NCBI GenBank assembly: GCA_937907395.1
Contig: CALCII010000013.1
Location: forward strand, 45,448 to 109,447
Source of the DNA: an uncultured Chitinophagaceae bacterium
GTDB taxonomy: Bacteria; Bacteroidota; Bacteroidia; Chitinophagales; Chitinophagaceae
Length of the DNA stretch: 64,000 bases
Direction: 5' to 3'
How positions within the stretch are numbered: position 1 is the stretch's first letter; each line of letters starts with the position of its first letter. Shown piece by piece: positions 36,679-45,709 of this stretch. Below the pieces are notes generated by a model. It saw only the letters and a program-made list of their open reading frames with translations, searched no databases and was not told the origin of the DNA. The translations under genes were made by a program, and so were the position numbers.

Positions 36679-37077
36679 ATGAAAAAGTTCGCAGCAGTCA
36701 TATTAGCAGTCTTGTACATCAGTACTTCCGCTGGTGCTACTGTGCATATGCACTACTGTATGGGCAAGCTTTCTGAATGGGGTTTGGGGCATAAAGAATC
36801 CAAAACCTGTGGCAGCTGCGGAATGAAAACCAGTGAGGCCAAAGAAAAGGGGTGCTGCAAGGATGAACTTAAATTTGTAAAGAATAGCAGCGATCAGAAA
36901 ATTGTCGAATCTTCATTTCAGTTGATGGGAATAATGGGAACAGCCTTTATTCCTGAATATGTTGAATTACCTTCTATAAAAATTTCTTCTGTAACTGAAG
37001 AAAACCCCGTCAGCAATGCACCTCCCCGAAGTAATGCTGTTGCTGTTTATATTCTCCACAGAACTTTCCTGATTTAA
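36679..37077 (+). CDS. small secreted Cys-rich protein with HYC / CC / PP motifs
   Basis: 132 aa. Motifs VHMHYCMGK, CGSCGM, KGCCKDE and NAPPRS. This matches my recollection of the RefSeq HYC_CC_PP family. Confidence 0.55.
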   Translation: MKKFAAVILAVLYISTSAGATVHMHYCMGKLSEWGLGHKESKTCGSCGMKTSEAKEKGCCKDELKFVKNSSDQKIVESSFQLMGIMGTAFIPEYVELPSIKISSVTEENPVSNAPPRSNAVAVYILHRTFLI

Positions 37078-37172
37078 AGATTATATTTTTTTAGAAGCCG
37101 GACAATCCCTTTGTCGGGCTATTGGCATTTCCATGTGTCAAAAAAAATTTCCTAACATTTAAAATTTAAAAA

Positions 37173-37544
37173 ATGAAAACGCTAAAAACGCTTTTTACTG
37201 TAGCCGTTTTAGTAGTTACAGTGTCATTTGCCAATGCACAAAGCGACAAAACAGAAAGAACCATTGGCATCAAAACAGAAAAAATAAAAGTCTCTGGTAC
37301 ATGCGGTATGGATAAAAGACGAATTGAAACTGCGGCATATTCTGTAGATGGAGTGAAGTCGGCTGTATGGAATGAGTACACACAAATACTTGTTTTGAAG
37401 TACAGCGTATTCAAAAAAGATGCTGGAGATAAAGCCCAAAGAAGCATAGCATCTGCGGGTAATGATACCGAAAAGTACAAAGCTGAAGATGCAGTTTACA
37501 ACAAGCTGCCAGATTGTTGCCATTACAGAACTATGAAAATGTAA
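37173..37544 (+). CDS. periplasmic HMA-like protein with C-terminal LPDCCHY; paralogue of 55625-55996
   Basis: 123 aa with a signal peptide. KVSGTCGMDKRRIE has the second Cys of the CxxC replaced by Asp. The C-terminus is YNKLPDCCHYRT. Confidence 0.6.
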   Translation: MKTLKTLFTVAVLVVTVSFANAQSDKTERTIGIKTEKIKVSGTCGMDKRRIETAAYSVDGVKSAVWNEYTQILVLKYSVFKKDAGDKAQRSIASAGNDTEKYKAEDAVYNKLPDCCHYRTMKM

Positions 37545-37559
37545 CAATTCAAGATTGAG

Positions 37560-38024
37560 ATGAATAACTTAAAAAATAAATTATCAAACAACATGAAAGC
37601 TTTCAAAATGCTGGTGATGGCAGCGTTAACCATCATGACCGTTTCTGCCCATGCCCAAGAAAAAGCAGGCAAAAAAGACACACTAAAACATGTTACACTT
37701 TATAGTTGCCCAATGCATGATACAGTCGCTATGAAGAAACCAGGCAATTGTCCTGTTTGCGGCATGAAGCTGGAACGTTCGAAAAAAGAACAAATGAAGG
37801 CAGCGGTAACAAAGAATTACTCATGCCCTATGCATGCTGAAGTTACCAGTAATAAACCCGGAAAGTGTTCTAAATGCGGCATGGATCTTAACTTATCACC
37901 GAAAGAAAAAATGAAAAGGGAGGTAATGAAAACGTACTCATGCCCCATGCATTCAGATATTACAAGTGATAAACCAGGCAAGTGTTCCAAATGCGGCATG
38001 GACTTAAAAAAGAAAACTAACTAA
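37560..38024 (+). CDS. periplasmic protein made of three heavy-metal-binding (HMBD, CPMH...PGxCxxCGM) modules
   Basis: 154 aa. The modules are YSCPMHDTVAMKKPGNCPVCGMKL, YSCPMHAEVTSNKPGKCSKCGMDL and YSCPMHSDITSDKPGKCSKCGMDL. Confidence 0.8.
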   Translation: MNNLKNKLSNNMKAFKMLVMAALTIMTVSAHAQEKAGKKDTLKHVTLYSCPMHDTVAMKKPGNCPVCGMKLERSKKEQMKAAVTKNYSCPMHAEVTSNKPGKCSKCGMDLNLSPKEKMKREVMKTYSCPMHSDITSDKPGKCSKCGMDLKKKTN

Positions 38025-38061
38025 GTACGGTTGTACTGCTTTGAATACCTAAAATCAAGTT

Positions 38062-39351
38062 ATGGTTCAAAAATTTATTGAGCTGGCTTTACGCAACAGG
38101 CTTATAGTTCTGCTCCTGGCAGGCGGCCTGTTTGCGTATGGCATTTACTCGGTCAGGCAAAACCCCATTGATGCCATTCCTGATTTGAGTGAGAACCAGG
38201 TAATCGTTTTTACAGAGTGGATGGGTCGCAGTCCGCAGGTGATGGAAGACCAGGTAACATATCCGTTGGTGAGCAATTTGCAGGGCATTCCGAAAATCAA
38301 AAACATCCGGGGCTCTTCCATGTTCGGGATGAGTTTCGTGTATGTGATTTTTGAAGACAATGTTGATATCTATTGGGCGAGAACAAGAGTATTGGAACGT
38401 TTAAATTTTGCACAACGTCTATTGCCGCAAGGAGTAACACCATCACTTGGACCTGATGGAACAGGGGTTGGTCATATCTATTGGTATCATCTTGATGCAC
38501 CGAAAATGGATTTGGGCGAACAACGTGCATTGCAGGATTGGTACATCAAGTTTGCATTACAAACAGTGCCGGGTGTTGCTGAAGTTGCATCATTCGGTGG
38601 TTTTGAAAAACAATACCAGTTAATCGTTGACCCGGTGAAGTTGCAGTATTATAATATTTCGCTGATGGATGTAATGAACAAAGTAAAAGCAAATAACAAT
38701 GACGTTGGCGGCAGGAAATTTGAAATGGCTGATATGGCTTATATCATCCGGGGGTTGGGCTATATCAAAAACAAAGAGGATGTAGAGAATATTGCATTGA
38801 GCAACTACAATGGCATTCCTGTTCGTGTAAAAGATATTGGTTCTGTACAAATGGGTGGTGATTTACGTCTTGGCATTTTTGACATGGACGGCAAGGGCGA
38901 AGTGGTAGGTGGTATTGTAGTTATGCGTTATAATGAAAATGCCAATAAAGTAATTGAAACAGTAAAAGCAAAAATGAAAGAAGTTGAGAAAGGACTACCT
39001 GACGGCGTAACCTTTAAAACTTCCTATGATCGCAGCACCTTAATTCAGGAAGCCATTGATTCTGTAAAAGGGACGTTGATTGAGGAGATGATTGCAGTTT
39101 CCTTAATAGTGCTCATCTTTCTTTTCCATTGGCGCAGTGCAGTTATCATTCTTATCCAATTGCCCATTTCAGTTGCCGCCGGTTTCATTTTTCTTGAACT
39201 ATTTGGTATCTCTTCCAACATCATGTCATTAACTGGTATTGCACTCGCAATTGGTGTTGTGGTAGATGATGGCATTGTGATGGTAGAAAATGCGTACAGG
39301 CATATCAGCGAGTCACAAACAGCTAAAATTAATTCATCAGATAAAGCATAA
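38062..39351 (+). CDS. cusA: CusA/CzcA-family RND heavy-metal efflux pump, N-terminal fragment (TM1-TM4)
   Basis: 429 aa. It ends shortly after the conserved GVVVDDGIVMVENAYRH. Stop TAA at 39349-39351. Confidence 0.8.
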   Translation: MVQKFIELALRNRLIVLLLAGGLFAYGIYSVRQNPIDAIPDLSENQVIVFTEWMGRSPQVMEDQVTYPLVSNLQGIPKIKNIRGSSMFGMSFVYVIFEDNVDIYWARTRVLERLNFAQRLLPQGVTPSLGPDGTGVGHIYWYHLDAPKMDLGEQRALQDWYIKFALQTVPGVAEVASFGGFEKQYQLIVDPVKLQYYNISLMDVMNKVKANNNDVGGRKFEMADMAYIIRGLGYIKNKEDVENIALSNYNGIPVRVKDIGSVQMGGDLRLGIFDMDGKGEVVGGIVVMRYNENANKVIETVKAKMKEVEKGLPDGVTFKTSYDRSTLIQEAIDSVKGTLIEEMIAVSLIVLIFLFHWRSAVIILIQLPISVAAGFIFLELFGISSNIMSLTGIALAIGVVVDDGIVMVENAYRHISESQTAKINSSDKA

Positions 39352-39353
39352 AC

Positions 39354-41279
39354 ATGGCAAAGTGGTTCAAACGAAATAAAGACCCGCTGACATCAGAAGA
39401 AAGAAATGACATTATTGAAAAGTCATCTAAACAAGTAGGCCCTGGTGTTTTCTATTCTACCATTATTGTGGTTACTTCTTTCCTTCCTGTTTTCCTGCTT
39501 ACAGGCATGGAGGGCAAACTATTCCATCCGCTGGCCTGGACTAAAACTTTCATCCTTTTAATAGATGCCTTTTTAGCAATTACATTGACACCGGTATTGA
39601 TTTCCTTTTTTTTGAAGGGTCGATTAAAACCAGAAAGCGCCAATCCAATTACAAGAACATTGGAAAGAATTTATACACCGATATTGAAATGGTGTTTGAA
39701 ATGGCGTAAAACAACCATTGGTATCAATATAGTCGCACTCACTGTGGGCATTGTTATGATGACCCGCCTGGGTTCAGAATTTATGCCACCATTAGATGAA
39801 GGTTCTTTGTTGTTCATGCCGGTTACCTTGCCGGATGTTTCTAACTCAGAAGCAAAACGATTGTTGCAGGTACAGGATAAACTCATTCGCACAATTCCTG
39901 AAGTAGTACATGTGTTGGGTAAAGCTGGGCGTGCTAATACTGCAACCGATAATTCTCCCATCAGCATGATTGAAACCATCATTCTCTTAAAACCAAAAAG
40001 TGAATGGCGGAATGGCATGACCAAAGATGGCATCATCAATGAGCTGAATGCAAAAATGCAGATACCCGGTGTTACCAACGGATGGACACAGCCCATCATC
40101 AACCGTATCAATATGCTTTCCACAGGTATCCGTACCGATGTAGGATTGAAAGTATACGGACAAAACCTCGACAGTATTTATGTATTTGCGCAAACCATCA
40201 AAAAACAACTGGAAGGAATTGATGGTGTGAAAGATCTGTATGTTGAACCGATCACCGGCGGTAAATACATCGATATTGAAGTGAAGCGTGAAGAGATCGG
40301 ACGTTATGGCTTGAGTGTTGATGATGTAAATCTTGTCATTGAAAGTGCATTGGGTGGTATGAAACTCACAACAACGATTGAAGGCCGCCAACGCTTCTCT
40401 GTAAATGCTCGCTATGGACAGGATTTCCGTAATAATCTCTCAGCATTAAAACGTTTACAGGTACAAACAATGGACTTCGGCCCCATTCCATTAGAAGCAG
40501 TGGCAGATATTAAATTGAGTGATGGCCCACCGATGATCAACTCAGAAAACGCAATGTTAAGAGGAACCGTATTGTTCAATGTTCGTGAAAGAGATTTGGG
40601 CAGCACTGTTAAAGAAGCGCAGACAAAGCTGAACCAAATGATCACTAAACTACCCAAAGGTTATTTTCTTGAATGGAGCGGTCAATGGGAAAACCAGATT
40701 CGGGCCAACCAAACGTTAAAGACGATTCTGCCCATTGTGCTTATCATCATCTTCATGGTGTTATATTTCACGTATCATTCATTTAAAGAAGCAGCAGTAA
40801 CCATGCTCACTGTTCCGTTTGCATTAATCGGCGGTGTGTTTATGGTGTACTTCTATGGTATTAATTTATCAGTGGCTGTTGCTGTTGGCTTCATCGCTTT
40901 ATTTGGTATGGCCATTGAAACAGCGATGCTGATGACGATCTATCTCAATGAAGCCATGCAGAACATGGTGGCCAAACATGGTAACAGTAAGGCAACACTT
41001 ACACCGGCCATCATTCGTGAATTTGTAATTGAAGGTTCTGCAAAAAGATTAAGGCCCAAACTAATGACGGTATCTGTTGGGCTGTTTGGTTTGATCCCCA
41101 TTCTTTGGGCTACAGGGGTAGGCAGTGATATTATGCGCCCAATCACCATCCCATTAATTGGCGGCACCATTTCATCTACTATTTATGTGCTACTAATTAC
41201 TCCGGTGATTTTTGAAATGATAAAGGAAAGAGAATTAAAACGTAACGGTAAAATTGATTTGATTGATGTTAAAGAATAA
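39354..41279 (+). CDS. cusA: CusA/CzcA-family RND heavy-metal efflux pump, C-terminal fragment (TM5-TM12)
   Basis: 641 aa. The ATG lies 2 nt after the preceding stop, in a different frame. It continues with KQVGPGVFYSTIIVVTSFLPVFLLTGMEGKLFHPLAWTKT, colinear with the intact paralogue. Confidence 0.8.
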   Translation: MAKWFKRNKDPLTSEERNDIIEKSSKQVGPGVFYSTIIVVTSFLPVFLLTGMEGKLFHPLAWTKTFILLIDAFLAITLTPVLISFFLKGRLKPESANPITRTLERIYTPILKWCLKWRKTTIGINIVALTVGIVMMTRLGSEFMPPLDEGSLLFMPVTLPDVSNSEAKRLLQVQDKLIRTIPEVVHVLGKAGRANTATDNSPISMIETIILLKPKSEWRNGMTKDGIINELNAKMQIPGVTNGWTQPIINRINMLSTGIRTDVGLKVYGQNLDSIYVFAQTIKKQLEGIDGVKDLYVEPITGGKYIDIEVKREEIGRYGLSVDDVNLVIESALGGMKLTTTIEGRQRFSVNARYGQDFRNNLSALKRLQVQTMDFGPIPLEAVADIKLSDGPPMINSENAMLRGTVLFNVRERDLGSTVKEAQTKLNQMITKLPKGYFLEWSGQWENQIRANQTLKTILPIVLIIIFMVLYFTYHSFKEAAVTMLTVPFALIGGVFMVYFYGINLSVAVAVGFIALFGMAIETAMLMTIYLNEAMQNMVAKHGNSKATLTPAIIREFVIEGSAKRLRPKLMTVSVGLFGLIPILWATGVGSDIMRPITIPLIGGTISSTIYVLLITPVIFEMIKERELKRNGKIDLIDVKE

Positions 41280-41285
41280 TAACCA

Positions 41286-41495
41286 ATGAAGATGTTACTT
41301 ACATCAACCATTACCTGTCCTTATTGCAAACATCAGCAAGAGGAAGAAATGCCCGTTGGTGCTTGTCAATATTTTTATGAGTGTAAAAATTGCAAAACGA
41401 TTTTAATGCCAAAGCAGGGTGATTGTTGTGTGTTTTGTTCTTTTGGTTCCGCCGCATGTCCGCCTGTTCAAAAAGATAAAGATTGTTGTTCTTAA
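41286..41495 (+). CDS. GDCCVxC-domain Cys-rich mini-protein
   Basis: 69 aa with 12 Cys. Motifs CPYC, CKNC, GDCCVFCS and a terminal DCCS. Confidence 0.7.
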   Translation: MKMLLTSTITCPYCKHQQEEEMPVGACQYFYECKNCKTILMPKQGDCCVFCSFGSAACPPVQKDKDCCS

Positions 41496-41506
41496 ATTAG
41501 TTACTA

Positions 41507-42772
41507 ATGAAGAAGATCCTATTCATGCTTTTGTTTATTCTATCTGTTTCAACCATTTCGGCTCAGAAGGTAATGAGCCTGCGTGAGATAACAGACAGCA
41601 TCAGGACACAACATCCTGTTGTAAAAATGTACAACTATGAGATCCGCTCGATGGATGAAGCAGCAAAAGGTGCAAAAAGCTGGATGCCGCCTGAATTCAG
41701 TAGTGGCTTGTGGATGACGCCATACAATCCCAATCGTTGGAAAAAAATGGATGATGGCATGGGTAGTTTCAAAGAAGGTATGGGTCAGTATATGATCGGT
41801 GGGCAACAAATGTTTCCCAATAAACAAAAACAAAATGCCGATGCAAAGTATATGGAAGCCATGTCATCTGTGGAGAAAGAAAAAAAGAATGCGTCGCTTA
41901 ACGAATTGATAAATGATGCAAAGCAGTTTTATTATGAATGGATCATTTTGAAAAAGAAACTGGTAATTCTTGATCAAAACGAGAAGCTGCTGGATTTCAT
42001 GATCAAAAATGCGGAGATACGTTATAAAAATGGTTTAGAAAAAATAAGTGCTTATTACAAAGCCAAAGCTGCATTGGGTAATGTGCAGAACATGCGTTTG
42101 ATGTTTGAAAACGACATTAAAGAAAAACGCATTCGCATCAACTCATTAATGGGTCGAAATGCAATGATCAATTTCGATATTGATACTACTTATAAACTGA
42201 ACGATTACTCATCACTTGTATTTGACAGCACACTCCTGTACAACAACCGAAGTGATCTGAAAGCAATTGATAAAGACATTACGCTTACATGGTTAAAGCA
42301 GGAAACAGAAAAGCAAAGTCTCAAACCCCAATTCGGTATCCGCTATGAACACATGTTTGGCTTTGGAGGGTTACCCATGCAATTTTCATTAATGGGCATG
42401 ATGAAATTGCCACTTACCAAATGGTCATCCAAAATGAATAAAGCAAATATGGAGAGTTTGAAGTGGAAAGCCAGCGCCCTTCAATCGCAAAAAGAAATGA
42501 TGTTAAATGAATATAGTGGCATGGCTTATGGCATGCGCAACGAACTGGAGTTGAAAAGCAAACAACTCAAGCTCTATGATGATAACATTATTCCTGCATT
42601 GAAGAATAATTACAAAACCATGCAGTTGGGCTATGAACAAAATACAGAAGAACTGTTTATGCTTTATGATGCATGGGAAACTTTGTATATGACGCAACTG
42701 GAATATACAGAGTTGCTCAACCAGGCTTTGAAACTGCAGGTAACAATTGAACGGTTAATTGAAAAGAAATGA
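41507..42772 (+). CDS. TolC-family outer-membrane efflux protein
   Basis: 421 aa with a signal peptide and two-repeat coiled-coil/beta architecture. ATGA overlap with the next gene at 42769-42772. Confidence 0.8.
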   Translation: MKKILFMLLFILSVSTISAQKVMSLREITDSIRTQHPVVKMYNYEIRSMDEAAKGAKSWMPPEFSSGLWMTPYNPNRWKKMDDGMGSFKEGMGQYMIGGQQMFPNKQKQNADAKYMEAMSSVEKEKKNASLNELINDAKQFYYEWIILKKKLVILDQNEKLLDFMIKNAEIRYKNGLEKISAYYKAKAALGNVQNMRLMFENDIKEKRIRINSLMGRNAMINFDIDTTYKLNDYSSLVFDSTLLYNNRSDLKAIDKDITLTWLKQETEKQSLKPQFGIRYEHMFGFGGLPMQFSLMGMMKLPLTKWSSKMNKANMESLKWKASALQSQKEMMLNEYSGMAYGMRNELELKSKQLKLYDDNIIPALKNNYKTMQLGYEQNTEELFMLYDAWETLYMTQLEYTELLNQALKLQVTIERLIEKK

Positions 42773-44148
42773 AACAACTGATTTATATAACAGCAATTCT
42801 CTTTGTATTCATTGCAGGTGCCTGCAAGAATAACAAAGACCCGCATGACAGCCATCAGCAAGAGGTTACAAAAGACATGTACACATGTCCCATGCCAGAG
42901 GATTCCGTATTCAGAGATAAGCCTGGCACTTGCCCCAAGTGTGGAATGGAATTGGTAAAGATGAAGCAACCTGCTATGCCGCAAAATCATGAGCAGGAGA
43001 ATAAAGCAGTGGAATATACCTGTCCCATGCATCCGGAAGTTATTCGGGATAAACCCGGGCAATGCCCTATTTGCGGAATGGATTTGGTCAAGAAAGAAAC
43101 TGGTGGCACAGCATCAACTGAAATTGGTTTGGATGCCTTACTTAAACCAACCAACGAGTTTGTAGTTTCTTCCATTCCTGTTACTGCAATTGAAAAAAGA
43201 GAGGAGCAGATTGAAATAGAAGCATTGGGAACCATTGCTTACGACACAAAAGAAGTTGGAACTATTTCAGCGAGAGTAAACGGACGGATTGAAAAACTGT
43301 ACGTACGTCACCGTTACCAGAAGATTAGTAAAGGACAGCGCATCATGGATATCTATAGTCCGGAAATATTGACGGCTCAACAGAATTTATTGTTCCTGTT
43401 GAAGAATGATGCAGCTAACGAAACGATGATTGAAGCAGCGAAAGAAAAATTATTATTACTGGGCATGAGCAGCCGGCAATTGCAAGAGGTGATACAAACC
43501 AAACAAACTGCTTTTACAATTGCTGTGTACAGTAATTACAGCGGACATATTCATGAATCAGCCGGTGCTTCAATGAATTTATCACCCGAACGAATGAAAG
43601 ATGTATCGCAATTAACAGAAGAGCTTTCACTAAAAGAAGGCATGTATGTAAACAAAGGCCAATCGGTTTTTATCGTCTACAACCCAAATAAAGCATGGGC
43701 ATTACTAAACATTTTTGGAGACAACCAGGGCTTGGTTAAAAAAGGAAACAGCGTAAGAATAGTTCCCGAAACAGCACCCAACAAAGATTTCAGGGCAAGT
43801 GTTGATTTTATTGAACCTTTCTACCGGAAAGAGAGTAAAACTTTAACAGCAAGAGTGTACTTTAATAACAACAATTTAAAAATTCCTATCGGCAGCCAGG
43901 TAAGAGCCTTCATTTATGGTAATTCAAAAGATGCTTACTGGTTACCTAAAGAAGCAGTGTTATCACTTGGGCTTGACAAAGTGGTGTTTCAAAAAGTGGA
44001 CGGAGGGTTTAAAGCACACAAAGTGAACACCGGGATTTTACACATGGAACATATTCAAATCATCAGCGGATTAACATCAACTGATTCGGTTGCTGTTAAT
44101 GCTCAATATTTAATGGACAGCGAAAGCTTTATTAAAGTAAAACAATAA
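42769..44148 (+). CDS. cusB: efflux RND periplasmic adaptor (CusB-like) with two N-terminal HMBD modules
   Basis: 459 aa. [26 protein letters not shown] and [25 protein letters not shown] are followed by an HlyD-like barrel-sandwich region. Confidence 0.85.
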   Translation: MKQLIYITAILFVFIAGACKNNKDPHDSHQQEVTKDMYTCPMPEDSVFRDKPGTCPKCGMELVKMKQPAMPQNHEQENKAVEYTCPMHPEVIRDKPGQCPICGMDLVKKETGGTASTEIGLDALLKPTNEFVVSSIPVTAIEKREEQIEIEALGTIAYDTKEVGTISARVNGRIEKLYVRHRYQKISKGQRIMDIYSPEILTAQQNLLFLLKNDAANETMIEAAKEKLLLLGMSSRQLQEVIQTKQTAFTIAVYSNYSGHIHESAGASMNLSPERMKDVSQLTEELSLKEGMYVNKGQSVFIVYNPNKAWALLNIFGDNQGLVKKGNSVRIVPETAPNKDFRASVDFIEPFYRKESKTLTARVYFNNNNLKIPIGSQVRAFIYGNSKDAYWLPKEAVLSLGLDKVVFQKVDGGFKAHKVNTGILHMEHIQIISGLTSTDSVAVNAQYLMDSESFIKVKQ

Positions 44149-44150
44149 TT

Positions 44151-45347
44151 ATGCGGTATCTTTTTATACTTCTGATTTCTGCTTCTGTTCTTTTTTCATG
44201 CAAGAGCAAATCACATGAGCATACAGAAAGCGATGTGTACTATACCTGCTCAATGGACCCGCAGGTGATTGAACATAAGCCCGGCAAATGCCCCATCTGT
44301 AAAATGGATCTTACGCCAGTTAAGAAAAGCAACGGGGAAAAGAAAGATGAAATACAGTTGAGTGAACAACAGATACAGTTGGGCAATATTCAAACCGACA
44401 CTATTCGCAGTGGTACAATCGGTGATCAGTTGGTATTAACTGCCAGCCTCAACTTCGACCAGATGAAAACATCATCTGTGAGTTCAAGAGTAATGGGAAG
44501 AGTTGAAAAGCTATATTTCAAAAACCTGGGCGATTATGTAAGCAAGGGGGCAGCGTTATATGCGATCTACAGCGAAGACCTCAACAACGCCAAGCAGGAA
44601 TACCTTCTTGCATTGGATCGGAAGGGAACATTTGCTAATGAAACAGCTATCGACTTCGATCAGTTATTGCAGAGTGCCAAAAACAAATTACTGTTGTGGG
44701 GATTGAGTGAATCCCAAATCAATGAACTGGCGAAAACAAAGAAAAACCCGGCTCTTACAACGTTTTACAGTACGGCATCTGGCTACATCACTGCACTCGA
44801 TATTCGTGAAGGCGATTATGTGATGGAAGGAGGAACTATTGTAAAGCTGGCTGATCTCTCTACTCTCTGGGCAGAAGCACAAGTGTACACTTCGCAACTT
44901 TCAGAAATTGATCTCAACGGAACAGCTACTGTTCAATTGCCCGATATAGAGGACAAAGAAATTAAAGGACGTATTGAATTTGTAAACCCTGAGATCAACC
45001 CTGATACAAGAATCAATCTCATTCGTGTATCTATTCCAAACACCGGCAATCAATTGAAACCCGGCATGCCAGCTTATGTGTTACTGAAAAGTTCGCAACG
45101 CAAAACACTTGCATTACCTATCAATGCTGTCATCCGTGATGGAAAGGGTGCAACAGTATGGATACAAACAACCAGCAAAACCTATAAAAGTGTGATGGTT
45201 GAAACTGGTTTGGAAAGTGATGACAGAATAGAGATAAAATCCGGATTAAATGTTGGCGATGTGGTAGTAATAACAGGTGCTTACCTGTTGCAAAGCGAAT
45301 ATATTTTTAAAAAAGGAGCCAACCCGATGGAGGGTATGAAGATGTAA
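44151..45347 (+). CDS. cusB: second efflux RND periplasmic adaptor (CusB-like) with one HMBD module
   Basis: 398 aa. YYTCSMDPQVIEHKPGKCPICKMDLTPV is followed by an adaptor core (RVEKLYFKNLGDYVSKGAALYAIYS...). Confidence 0.85.
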   Translation: MRYLFILLISASVLFSCKSKSHEHTESDVYYTCSMDPQVIEHKPGKCPICKMDLTPVKKSNGEKKDEIQLSEQQIQLGNIQTDTIRSGTIGDQLVLTASLNFDQMKTSSVSSRVMGRVEKLYFKNLGDYVSKGAALYAIYSEDLNNAKQEYLLALDRKGTFANETAIDFDQLLQSAKNKLLLWGLSESQINELAKTKKNPALTTFYSTASGYITALDIREGDYVMEGGTIVKLADLSTLWAEAQVYTSQLSEIDLNGTATVQLPDIEDKEIKGRIEFVNPEINPDTRINLIRVSIPNTGNQLKPGMPAYVLLKSSQRKTLALPINAVIRDGKGATVWIQTTSKTYKSVMVETGLESDDRIEIKSGLNVGDVVVITGAYLLQSEYIFKKGANPMEGMKM

Positions 45348-45552
45348 AACCGGACATAAGTATTATTGGATTAATGTTGTTGAAAAAACTTACAGCATTA
45401 TTTCTTTTTTTTTGATTTATATGAACAACTGATAAAAGAAATTGAATTTTTAAAGCTATTATATCAGGCTAAAAAATGCTACTGCTGCATCTGCACCGAC
45501 TATCATTAAATGAGAATGTTTGAGAAAAAGAAGACCCCGCTACAAGCAAAAT

Positions 45553-45570
45553 ATACCACTTTCGTGGTAT
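45553..45570. promoter_or_regulatory. 7-bp perfect inverted repeat ATACCAC-N4-GTGGTAT, with a third GTGGTAT half-site at 45589-45595; candidate operator upstream of the tyrosinase gene
   Basis: Read directly from the sequence, 140-157 nt upstream of the ATG at 45710. No known consensus was matched. Confidence 0.2.
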
Positions 45571-45709
45571 TGATATCTTCATACATCGGTGGTATATTTA
45601 AGTTTCGAATAGTGTAATGTCGCTTGACACCCCTTCTTCGCTATAAGTAATACGAGACGTTTATTCTTTTTTAGCATTAAAATAACGTAAACCTTAAACC
45701 TTTCATATC

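Noticed and set aside
36495-36719. 74-aa minus-strand ORF in the spacer upstream of the HYC/CC/PP gene
   Set aside because: It lies in AT-rich intergenic DNA and overlaps the start of the plus-strand gene. It gives an Ile/Tyr/Asn-rich low-complexity translation and is more likely promoter DNA.
37166-37547. Two minus-strand ORFs (104 and 107 aa) overlapping the HMA-like gene 37173-37544
   Set aside because: The plus-strand product has a signal peptide, conserved motifs and a clear paralogue at 55625-55996. The antisense ORFs have none of these.
39671-40391. 150-aa and 134-aa minus-strand ORFs inside the C-terminal cusA fragment
   Set aside because: They are antisense to a strongly conserved RND sequence and have no recognisable features.
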